Source of the DNA: an uncultured Gemmatimonadales bacterium
GTDB taxonomy: Bacteria > Gemmatimonadota > Gemmatimonadetes > Gemmatimonadales > Gemmatimonadaceae
Assembly (NCBI GenBank): GCA_963707505.1
Contig: CAVPQB010000004.1
Coordinates: forward strand, 544,001 to 608,000
Direction: 5' to 3'
DNA length: 64,000 nucleotides
Position numbers and translations under genes: made by a program. The notes under the pieces are model-generated. The model searched no databases. It was not told where the DNA came from and saw only the letters and a list, made by a program, of their open reading frames with translations. This document shows positions 19,630-28,926 of this stretch, one piece after another; position 1 is the stretch's first letter, and every line of letters begins with the position of its first letter.

Positions 19630-20179
19630 TGCAGGAGCGCTCCAACCCGGTATCGCGTAATTACGCCGAGGCGCTGTTGGCGTTGGCGACGAAGGCGGAG
19701 AACCGGGAAGGGTTTGGAGTCATGATCCGCGACGTCGCGAACGCGATCGCTCAGGATGCGACTGTGAAGCTGTTTCTCGAATCACCGCGCGTGTCGTACG
19801 AGCGCAAGAACGCGATCCTGTCGCGGGCGTTCGGTGATCGCGTGCCGCGTGTATTCCTGCGCTTTCTTCAGACGATGGTGCACAATCGTCGTCAGATGAT
19901 GATTCCGGAAATCGCGACCGAGTATGCGAAGCTGCTGGACCAGCAGGAGGGGCGTGTACACGCTGAAGTCACGCTCGCGCGGCCCGTAAGTGACGAGGAG
20001 ACTGCGAATATCGGTGCGCAGCTTTCGCGCGTTCTGGGCAGCAAGGTCATGCCGCAGCGTATCCGTGGATCCGTCGATCATGGGCGGGATCATCGTCAAG
20101 GTCGGCAACACGGTCATGGACGGCTCGGTGAGCCGCCGCCTGAGCAAGCTGGCGACGCGCATGCGCATTTCCTGCATAG
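19629..20179 (+). CDS. atpH: ATP synthase F1 subunit delta; +1 indels at ~20057 and probably ~20171
   Basis: NYAEALL...; VDPSIMGGIIVKVG..VMDGS continues in the next frame. Confidence 0.88.
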
Positions 20180-20185
20180 TTTGCG

Positions 20186-20564
20186 ATGAGCGGCAAGCGC
20201 GAGGTCAGGTATCGTTGAGAAGCCCTGGGGTCACGAGGTGATCTGGGCGCACACACCGCTGTACGTCGGCAAGATCCTGCATATCAAGGCGGGCCAGGCA
20301 TTATCGGTGCAGTATCATGAGCAGAAGGATGAAACGATCTTTCTGCTGAGCGGTGAGATGATCTATCGTGTCGGAAACAATGCCGATGCGGAATTGAAGG
20401 AGATCTCACTCAAGGCGGGGGAGTCGTTCAGGAACGAGCCTGGGACGGTGCATCAGATGGAAGCGGTGACCGATTGCGACGTGCTGGAGGCATCCACACC
20501 GCATCTCGATGATGTGGTAAGATTGAAGGATCGGTACGGGCGAGAGGGGACGAAGGCGCCGTAG
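20186..20564 (+). CDS. Cupin (mannose-6-P isomerase-like); +1 indel at ~20212
   Basis: VEKPWGHE, LSVQYHEQKDET, PGTVH. Confidence 0.8.
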
Positions 20565-20589
20565 AAGAGCAGAGGCGGGTCCCGTGCCA

Positions 20590-20705
20590 GTTGGGGCAGG
20601 CCCCCGGGCCTGCCTTTCGTCGTATAGCCCTCGATCTCCGCGTAGTTTGGTTGTGGGAGATGGATCCTAGTCTTACTGAGGGCAGGCACGGTGGCCTGCC
20701 CGTAC
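20590..20705. repeat. REPIN-like inverted REP doublet
   Basis: GTTGGGGCAGGCCCCCGGGCCTGCC ... GGGCAGGCACGGTGGCCTGCCCGTAC. Each copy is palindromic and the two are mutually inverted. Confidence 0.7.
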
Positions 20706-20737
20706 ATTGATCGAGGCGGCCCTTAGGAGATGAGTCA

Positions 20738-21739
20738 TTGAAAGTTATCATACCTCTGGCGGGGAAGGGAACGCGGCTTCGTCCGCATACGTATGTGACG
20801 CCGAAGCCGATGCTGCGCGTCGCGGGCAAGCCGGTGATGGAATACGTTCTCGACGACGTGAAGACGCTGCCGAACGTCGAGCAGATCATCTACATCACGG
20901 GGCATCTCAAGGAAAAGGTCGAGGAGTTCGCGCGCGCATCGACCGACATTCCATCCGCGTTCGTCGAGCAGCGAGTGCAGGACGGCACCGCAGGCGCAGT
21001 CGCGCTCGCGCGGGATTACGTGGACCAGCCGGTGCTGATCATCTTTGTCGACACGATCTTCGACGCCGATCTCTCGATCATCGAGTCGTCCGAGGCCGAT
21101 GGAATAATCTGGACGAAGGAAGTCGAGGATTATCAGCGATTCGGTGTGGTGGTGACGGATGAGTCCGGCTTCATGACGAAGATCGTCGAGAAGCCGACGA
21201 CGCCGATCTCCAAGCGCGCCAACATCGGGCTTTACTACATCAGGAACTGGCAGCTGCTGTACGAAGGGATCGCGAATGTGCTCGAGCAGCAGCCGCACAA
21301 GGGCGAGTGGTATCTCACCGACGCGTTCCAGTACATGATCGATCACGGCGCCAAGATACGTGTGGTCGATGTCGCAGGCTGGTATGATGCCGGGAAGATC
21401 GACACGCTGCTCGAGACCAACCGTGCGATGCTCGAGCGCGGTCGTGCGCGGTCGCCGCAATCGGTCGAGAACTCGACTATCCTGGATCCCGTGTATGTCG
21501 AAACCGGTGTCACGATTCGCAATTCCATCGTGGGACCGAACGTATCGATCGGCGAGGGAACAACGGTCGATGGGTCGACACTGTCCGATACGATCGTCGA
21601 GACGTACTCCAATATAAAGAGCTCGACGCTCACGAATTCGCTGGTGGGGCATCACACCGTCGTCGATGGTGTCTCCGGAGAGATCACGATCGGTGATCAC
21701 TCGGAGGTAAGGGTGAGCCCGCGAGGCGGCCACACCTAG
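20738..21739 (+). CDS. Sugar-phosphate nucleotidyltransferase with left-handed beta-helix tail
   Basis: LAGKGTRLRP.T..PKPM, EKP, WYDAG. Confidence 0.9.
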   Translation: MKVIIPLAGKGTRLRPHTYVTPKPMLRVAGKPVMEYVLDDVKTLPNVEQIIYITGHLKEKVEEFARASTDIPSAFVEQRVQDGTAGAVALARDYVDQPVLIIFVDTIFDADLSIIESSEADGIIWTKEVEDYQRFGVVVTDESGFMTKIVEKPTTPISKRANIGLYYIRNWQLLYEGIANVLEQQPHKGEWYLTDAFQYMIDHGAKIRVVDVAGWYDAGKIDTLLETNRAMLERGRARSPQSVENSTILDPVYVETGVTIRNSIVGPNVSIGEGTTVDGSTLSDTIVETYSNIKSSTLTNSLVGHHTVVDGVSGEITIGDHSEVRVSPRGGHT

Positions 21740-21818
21740 TCATGATTTTCCTGGCGACGAGGTACGGGGAGAGCGGCTGCTCTCCTCTTGTCGTTCCTGA
21801 CATGGATGGTGCGAACTG

Positions 21819-22997
21819 ATGGCTGAACGGCAGAAGCTTGGACGCAATGTCATTGCGCTCGGTACGGTGAGTTTCTTCACCGACGTAGCGTCGGAGATGA
21901 TGTATCCACTACTGCCAGTATTTCTTGCGTCCGTACTCGGAGCGAGCGCGAGCTTCATCGGCGTCATCGAGGGCGCAGCGGAGTCCGTCGCGGCGCTGTT
22001 GAAATTGGCGAGCGGCTGGTGGTCTGATCGCGTTCAGTCACGCAAGGGATTGGTGCTCGCCGGCTACGTGATAGCGTCTGTCATACGGCCGTTCACCGCC
22101 GCGACGCACACCGCGGCGCAGGTGTTGGGGATCCGCGTTACCGATCGCATCGGCAAGGGAATACGCTCCACTCCGCGTGATGCTCTGATCGCCGAGTCGG
22201 TCGATCCGTCGATTCGCGGCCGTGCGTTCGGATTTCACGCGGCTGCCGACAATGCCGGTGCGGTGGTCGGGCCGCTCGTCGCATTCGGCGTGTTGTATGA
22301 GTGGCACACGCCGTTGCGTACAGTCTTCTGGCTGACGGCGATTCCGGGCGCGCTCGCGGTGCTGGTGTTGTGGATCTTTGTTCGCGACGTTCCGCATCCG
22401 GTCACGCACGCCGATCGGCCGCACATGTTCGGCGCCGATCTTCCGTCGCGATTCTGGGGTTATCTCGCAGTCGTCTTCACCTTCACGCTGGGCAACTCGA
22501 CCGATGCGTTTCTGCTACTGCGTGCGAGCCAGTTGGGGGTGCCGGTCGCGCTGGCTCCGGTACTCTGGGCGTTGCTCAACTTCATCAAATCGACAACCGG
22601 TACGTATGGCGGCGGCCTGTCTGACAGAATCGGGCGCAAGCCACTGATCATCGGAGGATGGCTGCTGTATGCGGCCGTCTATCTCGCGTTTGGCCTTGCA
22701 CACTCGGCGTGGCAGGCGTGGGTGTTGTTCGCGGTATACGGCGTGTTCTACGGCATGACGGAAGGTACCGAGAAAGCGATGGTGGTGGACATGGTTCCGT
22801 CACAGCGAAAAGGCACTGCACTCGGCTGGTACAATCTTGCGATCGGGATCGGGGCGCTTCCCGCGTCGCTGTTATTCGGTGCCGTGTGGGACCGCGCAGG
22901 CGCACCCGCGGCATTCGCGCTGGGTGCGGCGCTGGCATTCATTGCATCTCTGGGAATCGTGTTCGTGAATCCGATCGTCAGCGCACCGTCGAAGTAG
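21819..22997 (+). CDS. MFS transporter
   Basis: ~12 TM, G.WSDR, DRIGKGIR..PRDALI, GLSDRIGRK. Confidence 0.92.
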   Translation: MAERQKLGRNVIALGTVSFFTDVASEMMYPLLPVFLASVLGASASFIGVIEGAAESVAALLKLASGWWSDRVQSRKGLVLAGYVIASVIRPFTAATHTAAQVLGIRVTDRIGKGIRSTPRDALIAESVDPSIRGRAFGFHAAADNAGAVVGPLVAFGVLYEWHTPLRTVFWLTAIPGALAVLVLWIFVRDVPHPVTHADRPHMFGADLPSRFWGYLAVVFTFTLGNSTDAFLLLRASQLGVPVALAPVLWALLNFIKSTTGTYGGGLSDRIGRKPLIIGGWLLYAAVYLAFGLAHSAWQAWVLFAVYGVFYGMTEGTEKAMVVDMVPSQRKGTALGWYNLAIGIGALPASLLFGAVWDRAGAPAAFALGAALAFIASLGIVFVNPIVSAPSK

Positions 22998-25374
22998 ACG
23001 GGTGCGCGATCGTGCGCTCGAACAATTTGAAGATGCGTGTGTATTCGTCGGTCCATGAATCGGGGCGGAGGAATGCGTGGCTCTCGACCGGATACGACGC
23101 GAGCTCCCAGTCGGTTTTGCCGAGCTCGATGAGTCGCTGCGTGAGCCGGACGATATCCTCGTAGTTGACGTTCGTGTCGACCATCCCGTGTGCCATGAGC
23201 AACGGCGCGCGCAGACCCTCGGCGAAATAAATTGGCGACGACTGACGATACGCGAGCGTGTCGTTTTGTGGGAGATTGAGAATGGCCGAGGTGTAGCCGT
23301 TGTTATAATGCGCCCAGTCGGTGACGCTACGGAGTCCCGCGCCGGCACCGAAATAATCCGGTGCGGTGAAGAGCGCCATGAGCGTCATGAACCCGCCGTA
23401 GCTTCCGCCGTAGATGCCGATGCGCTTCGCCGGGATGCCGTAGGTTGCAGTGATGTACCTGGAGACATCGACTTCATCCTGGAGATCGCGGCCGCCCATG
23501 TGCCGATAGATCGCGGTGCGCCAGTCGCGGCCATACCCGTCTGACGCGCGATAATCGGCGTCCATCACCACATAGCCGTGGCGCGCAAGGAACAGATTGA
23601 ACAGATATTCGCGCGGGTATTCCGACCAGAAGTTACCGACGTTGTGGAGATAACCTGCGCCGTGCACGAAGATCACTGCCGCGCCGTTGGGCTGCGCGCC
23701 GAAATCTTCGGGACGGTAGAGATGTGCGGGGACCCTGATTCCGTCGGATGCAGGAACCATCACGATAGGGGGCGCGAACCACTTCTGCGAGAGAAATTCG
23801 GCGCTGGGCGAGACGGTCAGCTGCTGCTCGGTTGCGCCGGCCTTGTTCGACATCAGATACAGATCGGGCGGGCGATTGACGTATGAGTAAACGTCGGCGA
23901 CGAGTTTACGATCCGGCGATACAACAGCTGCGTGGCGACCTGGTGTCGTCGTTACGCGTGTGAGAGAACCGCCAGTTGTCGGAAGTGAGAAGAGATGCTC
24001 GTCGAATGGGGACGGGTCGTTGGTGATGAGATCGAAAGTCCGGCCATCGGGTGCCAGCGAGACGTCACGTACTTCCCACTTGCCGGTGGTGAGCTGATGC
24101 ACATCACCGCCACGCGCGGCGGCAGTGTACAGGTGTGCATAGCCGGTTGCTTCGGAGATGTACCATACGCGACGGCCGCCGTCATACCAGCCGGCGCACG
24201 CACTGCACGGACCGCCCACCCAGGCGGTGTCGTCCAGAGTCTCGATAGCGTGTAAGGTCGTATCCGACGATGAGAGGGTATAGCGAACGCGTTGCTTGTT
24301 GTCAGGTCTGAACGCGGAGAACAGGACTTCGGTGCCGCTCGCATTCCATCCGTTGACGACAACGAAACTCGCGAGAGAATCATTGGCGAAGAGATGCAGC
24401 TTGCCAAGCTTCGCGTTGGGCAGCGAGAGATACATCATCTCGACGCGCGTCTGGCCGTCGCCGACGACGGTGCGTCCCTTGCGCGGCTCGGTATAGCCGC
24501 TTTCGGTAACCCAGTACGGAATTTCGACGGGTCGGCTCTTGGCGGGCGCGCGCAGCATCACCAGCACACCACGTCCATCGGGCGCCACATTCAGTGACTG
24601 GATAGAGCGGTCGCTTCCGACATACACCGTTTTCGGGTTTCTCAACGAATCGACGGCGTGACGCTCGGCCTTCGCAATGCTGTCGTCCGCGATCTGGTCG
24701 CGAATGACGTTGAACAAGTCACGCTGCTGCTGTGCCAGCCGTACGCGCTGAGGTGTTTTCGGTGCGGTAGTATCCTTGGGCGCGGTGCCGGTTCTGAGAT
24801 CGGTCAGTTGCGTGGTGAGACCGGACGCCAGATCGATCGAGAATGCGTTGTCATCGCGTACGAAGTACATGTGCTTCGAATCGCTGCTCAGGATCGGATT
24901 CGATTCTCGTGCTGGCGTATCTGTCAGTCGCCGGAGAGCGTGGCTGCGGTAGTCCATGAGGTAGATGTCGCCGCCGAATTCTATTGCGCCGTAGTGGCCG
25001 TCGGCGGATACGACTGCGTGCGCGGCGTACGGCCCGGCAGAGTCGCGCTGTGCCAGCGTGAGTTTTTCGGGTTTGGCGCCATTGACTGCGCGGACGCGAT
25101 AGGCGGCAGGCTGCGTGCGCCAACTGCTACCCGGCGCAACCCAGTTGAAGTAGATCCAGCGACTGTCGGCGGACCAACTGACATCGGTTGGTGGTGTTCC
25201 GTACAGCTCCGGCCCGCGCATGATGTTCCTGATCGAAAAGTCGAACTGAGTCGCCGGAGACGATGCGGGCGCCGATGCGGGCGCCGATGTGGGCGCCGAT
25301 GTGGGTGCCTGGCTTGCGAGTGTCGCGGGAATCGCGATTGCGAGGGTGGAGAGCAGTCGGGTGGCGTTGCGCAT
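22978..25374 (-). CDS. S9 family (DPP IV-like) secreted peptidase
   Basis: Beta-propeller region, GGSYGG, HG..DTNV, ESH catalytic His; signal peptide. Confidence 0.92.
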   Translation of the reverse strand: MRNATRLLSTLAIAIPATLASQAPTSAPTSAPASAPASSPATQFDFSIRNIMRGPELYGTPPTDVSWSADSRWIYFNWVAPGSSWRTQPAAYRVRAVNGAKPEKLTLAQRDSAGPYAAHAVVSADGHYGAIEFGGDIYLMDYRSHALRRLTDTPARESNPILSSDSKHMYFVRDDNAFSIDLASGLTTQLTDLRTGTAPKDTTAPKTPQRVRLAQQQRDLFNVIRDQIADDSIAKAERHAVDSLRNPKTVYVGSDRSIQSLNVAPDGRGVLVMLRAPAKSRPVEIPYWVTESGYTEPRKGRTVVGDGQTRVEMMYLSLPNAKLGKLHLFANDSLASFVVVNGWNASGTEVLFSAFRPDNKQRVRYTLSSSDTTLHAIETLDDTAWVGGPCSACAGWYDGGRRVWYISEATGYAHLYTAAARGGDVHQLTTGKWEVRDVSLAPDGRTFDLITNDPSPFDEHLFSLPTTGGSLTRVTTTPGRHAAVVSPDRKLVADVYSYVNRPPDLYLMSNKAGATEQQLTVSPSAEFLSQKWFAPPIVMVPASDGIRVPAHLYRPEDFGAQPNGAAVIFVHGAGYLHNVGNFWSEYPREYLFNLFLARHGYVVMDADYRASDGYGRDWRTAIYRHMGGRDLQDEVDVSRYITATYGIPAKRIGIYGGSYGGFMTLMALFTAPDYFGAGAGLRSVTDWAHYNNGYTSAILNLPQNDTLAYRQSSPIYFAEGLRAPLLMAHGMVDTNVNYEDIVRLTQRLIELGKTDWELASYPVESHAFLRPDSWTDEYTRIFKLFERTIAHPSTSTVR

Positions 25375-25439
25375 TTATTGGGCTGATCCAGCGTGAATTG
25401 GAGGCGCGGTGAAAATGATCTCAGGTTAACTTTTCTGCA

Positions 25440-26084
25440 ATGAAGCTAGCTCTCACCACGCTTGCGGCGATGCTATGCGCATCGCCGCTGGCTGCTCAGG
25501 CAGCGCGGGGCGGCACGCCACCTCCGCAGCAACGTCCGCTGGAGCGACTCGCTGCCGAGCAGATGCTGGTCCTCCCGGTGCAGTATCTGACGTTCGCCGA
25601 TTCACTGGGCTGGTCTCAACAGGCACCATCGTCGCGGGCATATCTGCATACAGTGGATGACGAGATCGCGTTCGCGCTGACGCAGCGGGGACTCAAGCAT
25701 CACTGGACGATGGCGCCGGACCTGATCCGATCAGTTACGCGCAACCAGGGGTACGCTCCCGATCCCACGTCGCTCGCCGCCGAGGAGGTTCGCTCGGGGC
25801 AGAAGGCAGCTGAGTGGCAGTTACGGGAGCCGTTGGCGTCGCAACTGCGCGCGCTGATCGCATTAACGGACGCTCGTTATGTGCTGTTTCCGGTCGAGAT
25901 GAGGTTTGTGGGTTCGAAGGGCGTCGGACATGCAATGCTACACCTCGTCATCATCGATGCACGCCGGTCGCAGGTGCAGTGGTCCGGCGATCTTGCTGGA
26001 GCGGAGATGACGAAGTTCTCGCCAGCGATCGCGGCCGATATAGCGTCGCGCCTGGCAGATCTGATCGCGTCGCCCGTCAATTAG
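25440..26084 (+). CDS. Hypothetical secreted protein
   Basis: Signal peptide (PLAA|Q), 214-aa ORF. Confidence 0.65.
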   Translation: MKLALTTLAAMLCASPLAAQAARGGTPPPQQRPLERLAAEQMLVLPVQYLTFADSLGWSQQAPSSRAYLHTVDDEIAFALTQRGLKHHWTMAPDLIRSVTRNQGYAPDPTSLAAEEVRSGQKAAEWQLREPLASQLRALIALTDARYVLFPVEMRFVGSKGVGHAMLHLVIIDARRSQVQWSGDLAGAEMTKFSPAIAADIASRLADLIASPVN

Positions 26085-26098
26085 GTCGGCGGGCCGGA

Positions 26099-26917
26099 AT
26101 GACGACCATTCTGCACGTTTCGGATCTGCATTTCGGCCGGCCGGCGGTGCTGGAGCAGATCGATGCGATCGAGCGCGCGATTTCCGAACGTTCGTTCGAT
26201 GCGGTGGCGGCATCTGGTGACTTCTCGCAGCGGGCGCGGGCCGGAGAATTTCAGCGGGCAGCGGTATTTCTGAGGGACGCGCGGAAATTCTGCCCGGTAA
26301 TTACCGTCCCGGGGAATCACGATGTGGCGTGGTGGTTTGCCCCGGTGGGGATTGGCGATGAAACAAAGGTTTATGAAAATTACCGTCAGTACATCTCGGG
26401 AGATCTCGAGCCCACGCTGAGGGTCGACGGGGCGTACTTCGTTGGCCTGAACACTGCGCACGGGGTGACGGCGCGCACTCTGACGCTCAACCCGCGCGAC
26501 ATCTCGATAATCGGCGACCTTACACCGGCGCAGATCGACAAAGCGCGGGCGAGGTTCGAGCAGGCGCCGCCTGGCGACGCAAAGGTCGTAGTCATGCATC
26601 ACAACCCGGTCGCGGGCGAGCTATCGCAGCGGTACGGACTCAAGCACACGCCGCGCATATTGAACACGTTCGCGGAGATGGGCGTGGAGTTGGTGCTGTG
26701 CGGCCACGATCATCAGGAAGCGGTGAACTTTATCGAGCATCCACGTAAGGGCGTGGTCGTCTCGACTGCGGGGACGGTATCCAACCGTTCGCGCGGCGGG
26801 CGTCCATCGTCGTATAACGTCATCACTATAGAACCTCAAAGCATCACGGTCGTGACATTCATATGGGACGGAGAAGGAGAGTTCATTCCAGGACCGCAGC
26901 GCTGCTTCGAACGTTGA
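26099..26917 (+). CDS. Metallophosphoesterase (calcineurin-like)
   Basis: SDLHFG, GD, PGNHD, HH, GHDH. Confidence 0.9.
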   Translation: MTTILHVSDLHFGRPAVLEQIDAIERAISERSFDAVAASGDFSQRARAGEFQRAAVFLRDARKFCPVITVPGNHDVAWWFAPVGIGDETKVYENYRQYISGDLEPTLRVDGAYFVGLNTAHGVTARTLTLNPRDISIIGDLTPAQIDKARARFEQAPPGDAKVVVMHHNPVAGELSQRYGLKHTPRILNTFAEMGVELVLCGHDHQEAVNFIEHPRKGVVVSTAGTVSNRSRGGRPSSYNVITIEPQSITVVTFIWDGEGEFIPGPQRCFER

Positions 26918-27474
26918 GCGGCAGGCTCAGGCTGGAGCGGTTGCGGCAGTTGTGGATGCAGTGCGAGCTGTTCAGTATGGGCGCGGCGGAGGAGCCGCGA
27001 ATCGAGATCGCGCGTCCCGCGCCGCCGCGTCCGGACGTCGTGCGGATCCATCGCAAGCGGCGGTCGAGCCGATCGCGCGCGGACGACGCAGCGATCATCG
27101 GTGCGCTTCAGACCGAGCACGCCGGGTACAACGCGGCGCTGTTCGATGGAGAGCTCGGCCGGGTGAAGATCCGTCTGTCGCGACGGATGAAGAACCGGCT
27201 GGGCCACTATATGGTTGAGGGCGGGGGGCAGCCGGCGGAGATCGCGATGTCGCTGCGGCACATCGAGCGGGATTCGTGGGATGATGTGCTTCACACGCTG
27301 GTGCACGAGATGGTGCATCAGTGGCAGGATGAGAACGGCATGGCGCTGGATCACGGCCAGGCATTCCGCGAAAAGGCGATCGAAGTCGGCATCAGTGCGA
27401 GGGCAACGCGTCCGGCAGGTGGCGGAACGCAACCGCGGCTGGCGGCGCGAGCGGGAAAGCGGCGTAAGCCATAG
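26914..27474 (+). CDS. SprT-like zinc metalloprotease domain protein
   Basis: TLVHEMVH, HG..F. Confidence 0.75.
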   Translation: MSGRLRLERLRQLWMQCELFSMGAAEEPRIEIARPAPPRPDVVRIHRKRRSSRSRADDAAIIGALQTEHAGYNAALFDGELGRVKIRLSRRMKNRLGHYMVEGGGQPAEIAMSLRHIERDSWDDVLHTLVHEMVHQWQDENGMALDHGQAFREKAIEVGISARATRPAGGGTQPRLAARAGKRRKP

Positions 27475-27550
27475 GCAAGCGGTCGAGTGGGGTCAGGCGC
27501 ACGCCCCGAAACCGGGTGCGGGAAAGGGGGGTGTCGCGGTATCTTTCGGG

Positions 27551-28738
27551 ATGCCTACGAACCCCCTCGATCTCTGTGACATCGACTCCTTTCTATCAGA
27601 AGAGGAACGCGCGGTACGCGACTCTGTCCGCGCGTTCGTTGACGATAAAGTGCTTCCCATCATCGGCGATGCGTACGTAGAAGGACGCTTCCCGAAAGAG
27701 CTCATCGCCGGAATGGCGGAGCTCGGCGTCCTTGGCGCCAATCTGCCCGAGCAGTACGGATGCGCCGGACTGAACAACGTCGCGTACGGCCTGATCATGC
27801 AGGAGCTCGAGCGCGGCGATTCCGGGGTACGCTCCTTCGCGTCGGTGCAGGGTGCGCTTGTGATGTATCCCGTGTTTGCATTCGGGTCCGACGAGCAGAA
27901 GTCGAAACTGCTCCCCTCGATGGCCAGGGCCGAGACGATCGGCTGCTTCGGACTGACCGAGCCGGATTATGGATCGAATCCGGCAGGAATGATAACGCGC
28001 GCGCGCGAGCAGGCAGACGGGAGCTGGATCATCAATGGCGCGAAGATGTGGATCACCAACGGATCCACCGCGCATGTCGCGATCATCTGGGCCAAGACTG
28101 AAGACGGCGACGACGATGGACATTCGATTCGCGGATTCGTGGTGCCCACATCGACGCCCGGATTCAGCGCGAAGAACCAGAAGGGCAAGCTTTCGTTGCG
28201 CGCGTCGGACACGTCGGAGCTGTCGCTGCAGGACGTGCACGTGCCGGCTGACGCCTTGCTTCCCAAGTCGGGTGGTCTGAAGAGTCCGCTCATGTGCCTG
28301 ACTCAGGCGCGATATGGAATCGCGTGGGGTGCAATTGGCGCGGCGATGTACTGTTTTGAAGAAGCGCTATCGTACGCCGGCAACAGGGTGATGTTCGGTC
28401 GCGCGATAGGTGGCTTTCAGTTACAGCAGGCGCGGCTTGCCGAGATGGTGACTGAGATCGCGAAGGGTAGATTGCTCGCGCTTCATCTCGGCCGACTGAA
28501 GGATGCTGGACGTCTCACACCGCAACAGGTTTCGCTTGCAAAGCGCAACAACGTGAATGTCGCATGTGACATCGCGCGTGAAGCTCGGCGACTGCTGGGT
28601 GGAAACGGGATCCTGGCGGAGTACGGCGCGATGCGACACATGGAGAATCTCGAGAGCGTGTACACGTATGAAGGCACGCACGACATTCACACGCTGATCA
28701 TTGGACAGGCGGTTACCGGGCTCTCTGCGTTCGAGTAG
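27551..28738 (+). CDS. Acyl-CoA dehydrogenase (glutaryl-CoA dehydrogenase-like)
   Basis: FGLTEPD.GS, K.WITNG, ARYGIAWG, TYEGTHDIH. Confidence 0.9.
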   Translation: MPTNPLDLCDIDSFLSEEERAVRDSVRAFVDDKVLPIIGDAYVEGRFPKELIAGMAELGVLGANLPEQYGCAGLNNVAYGLIMQELERGDSGVRSFASVQGALVMYPVFAFGSDEQKSKLLPSMARAETIGCFGLTEPDYGSNPAGMITRAREQADGSWIINGAKMWITNGSTAHVAIIWAKTEDGDDDGHSIRGFVVPTSTPGFSAKNQKGKLSLRASDTSELSLQDVHVPADALLPKSGGLKSPLMCLTQARYGIAWGAIGAAMYCFEEALSYAGNRVMFGRAIGGFQLQQARLAEMVTEIAKGRLLALHLGRLKDAGRLTPQQVSLAKRNNVNVACDIAREARRLLGGNGILAEYGAMRHMENLESVYTYEGTHDIHTLIIGQAVTGLSAFE

Positions 28739-28768
28739 CGACGCACTAAGAATCCATTAACCCCACGG

Positions 28769-28800
28769 AAAGGCCCTTTTACCCCGGTAGAAGGGCCTTT
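28769..28800 (+). repeat. Palindrome AAAGGCCCTTTTAC-CCCG-GTAGAAGGGCCTTT (possible terminator)
   Basis: 14-bp stem with one G-T; core similar to 33279 and 33324. Confidence 0.6.
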
Positions 28801-28926
28801 TACCGTAACGACATGTACTGGCGCGGGGCGGGAGCGTGGTGCATGTTCCTGCGTACTGCGAGAGTGTGTTTGCGCGCGCATTGGTGTTGCGCGTTGCGCC
28901 ACGAAATTACCAATGCGGGAGGGCAA

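Noticed and set aside
20577..20722. 6S RNA (long rod with central bubble)
   Set aside because: The rod arms are two self-palindromic REP copies with a third copy at 15382, and the terminal stem is short. A REPIN explains it better. An Rfam scan would settle it.
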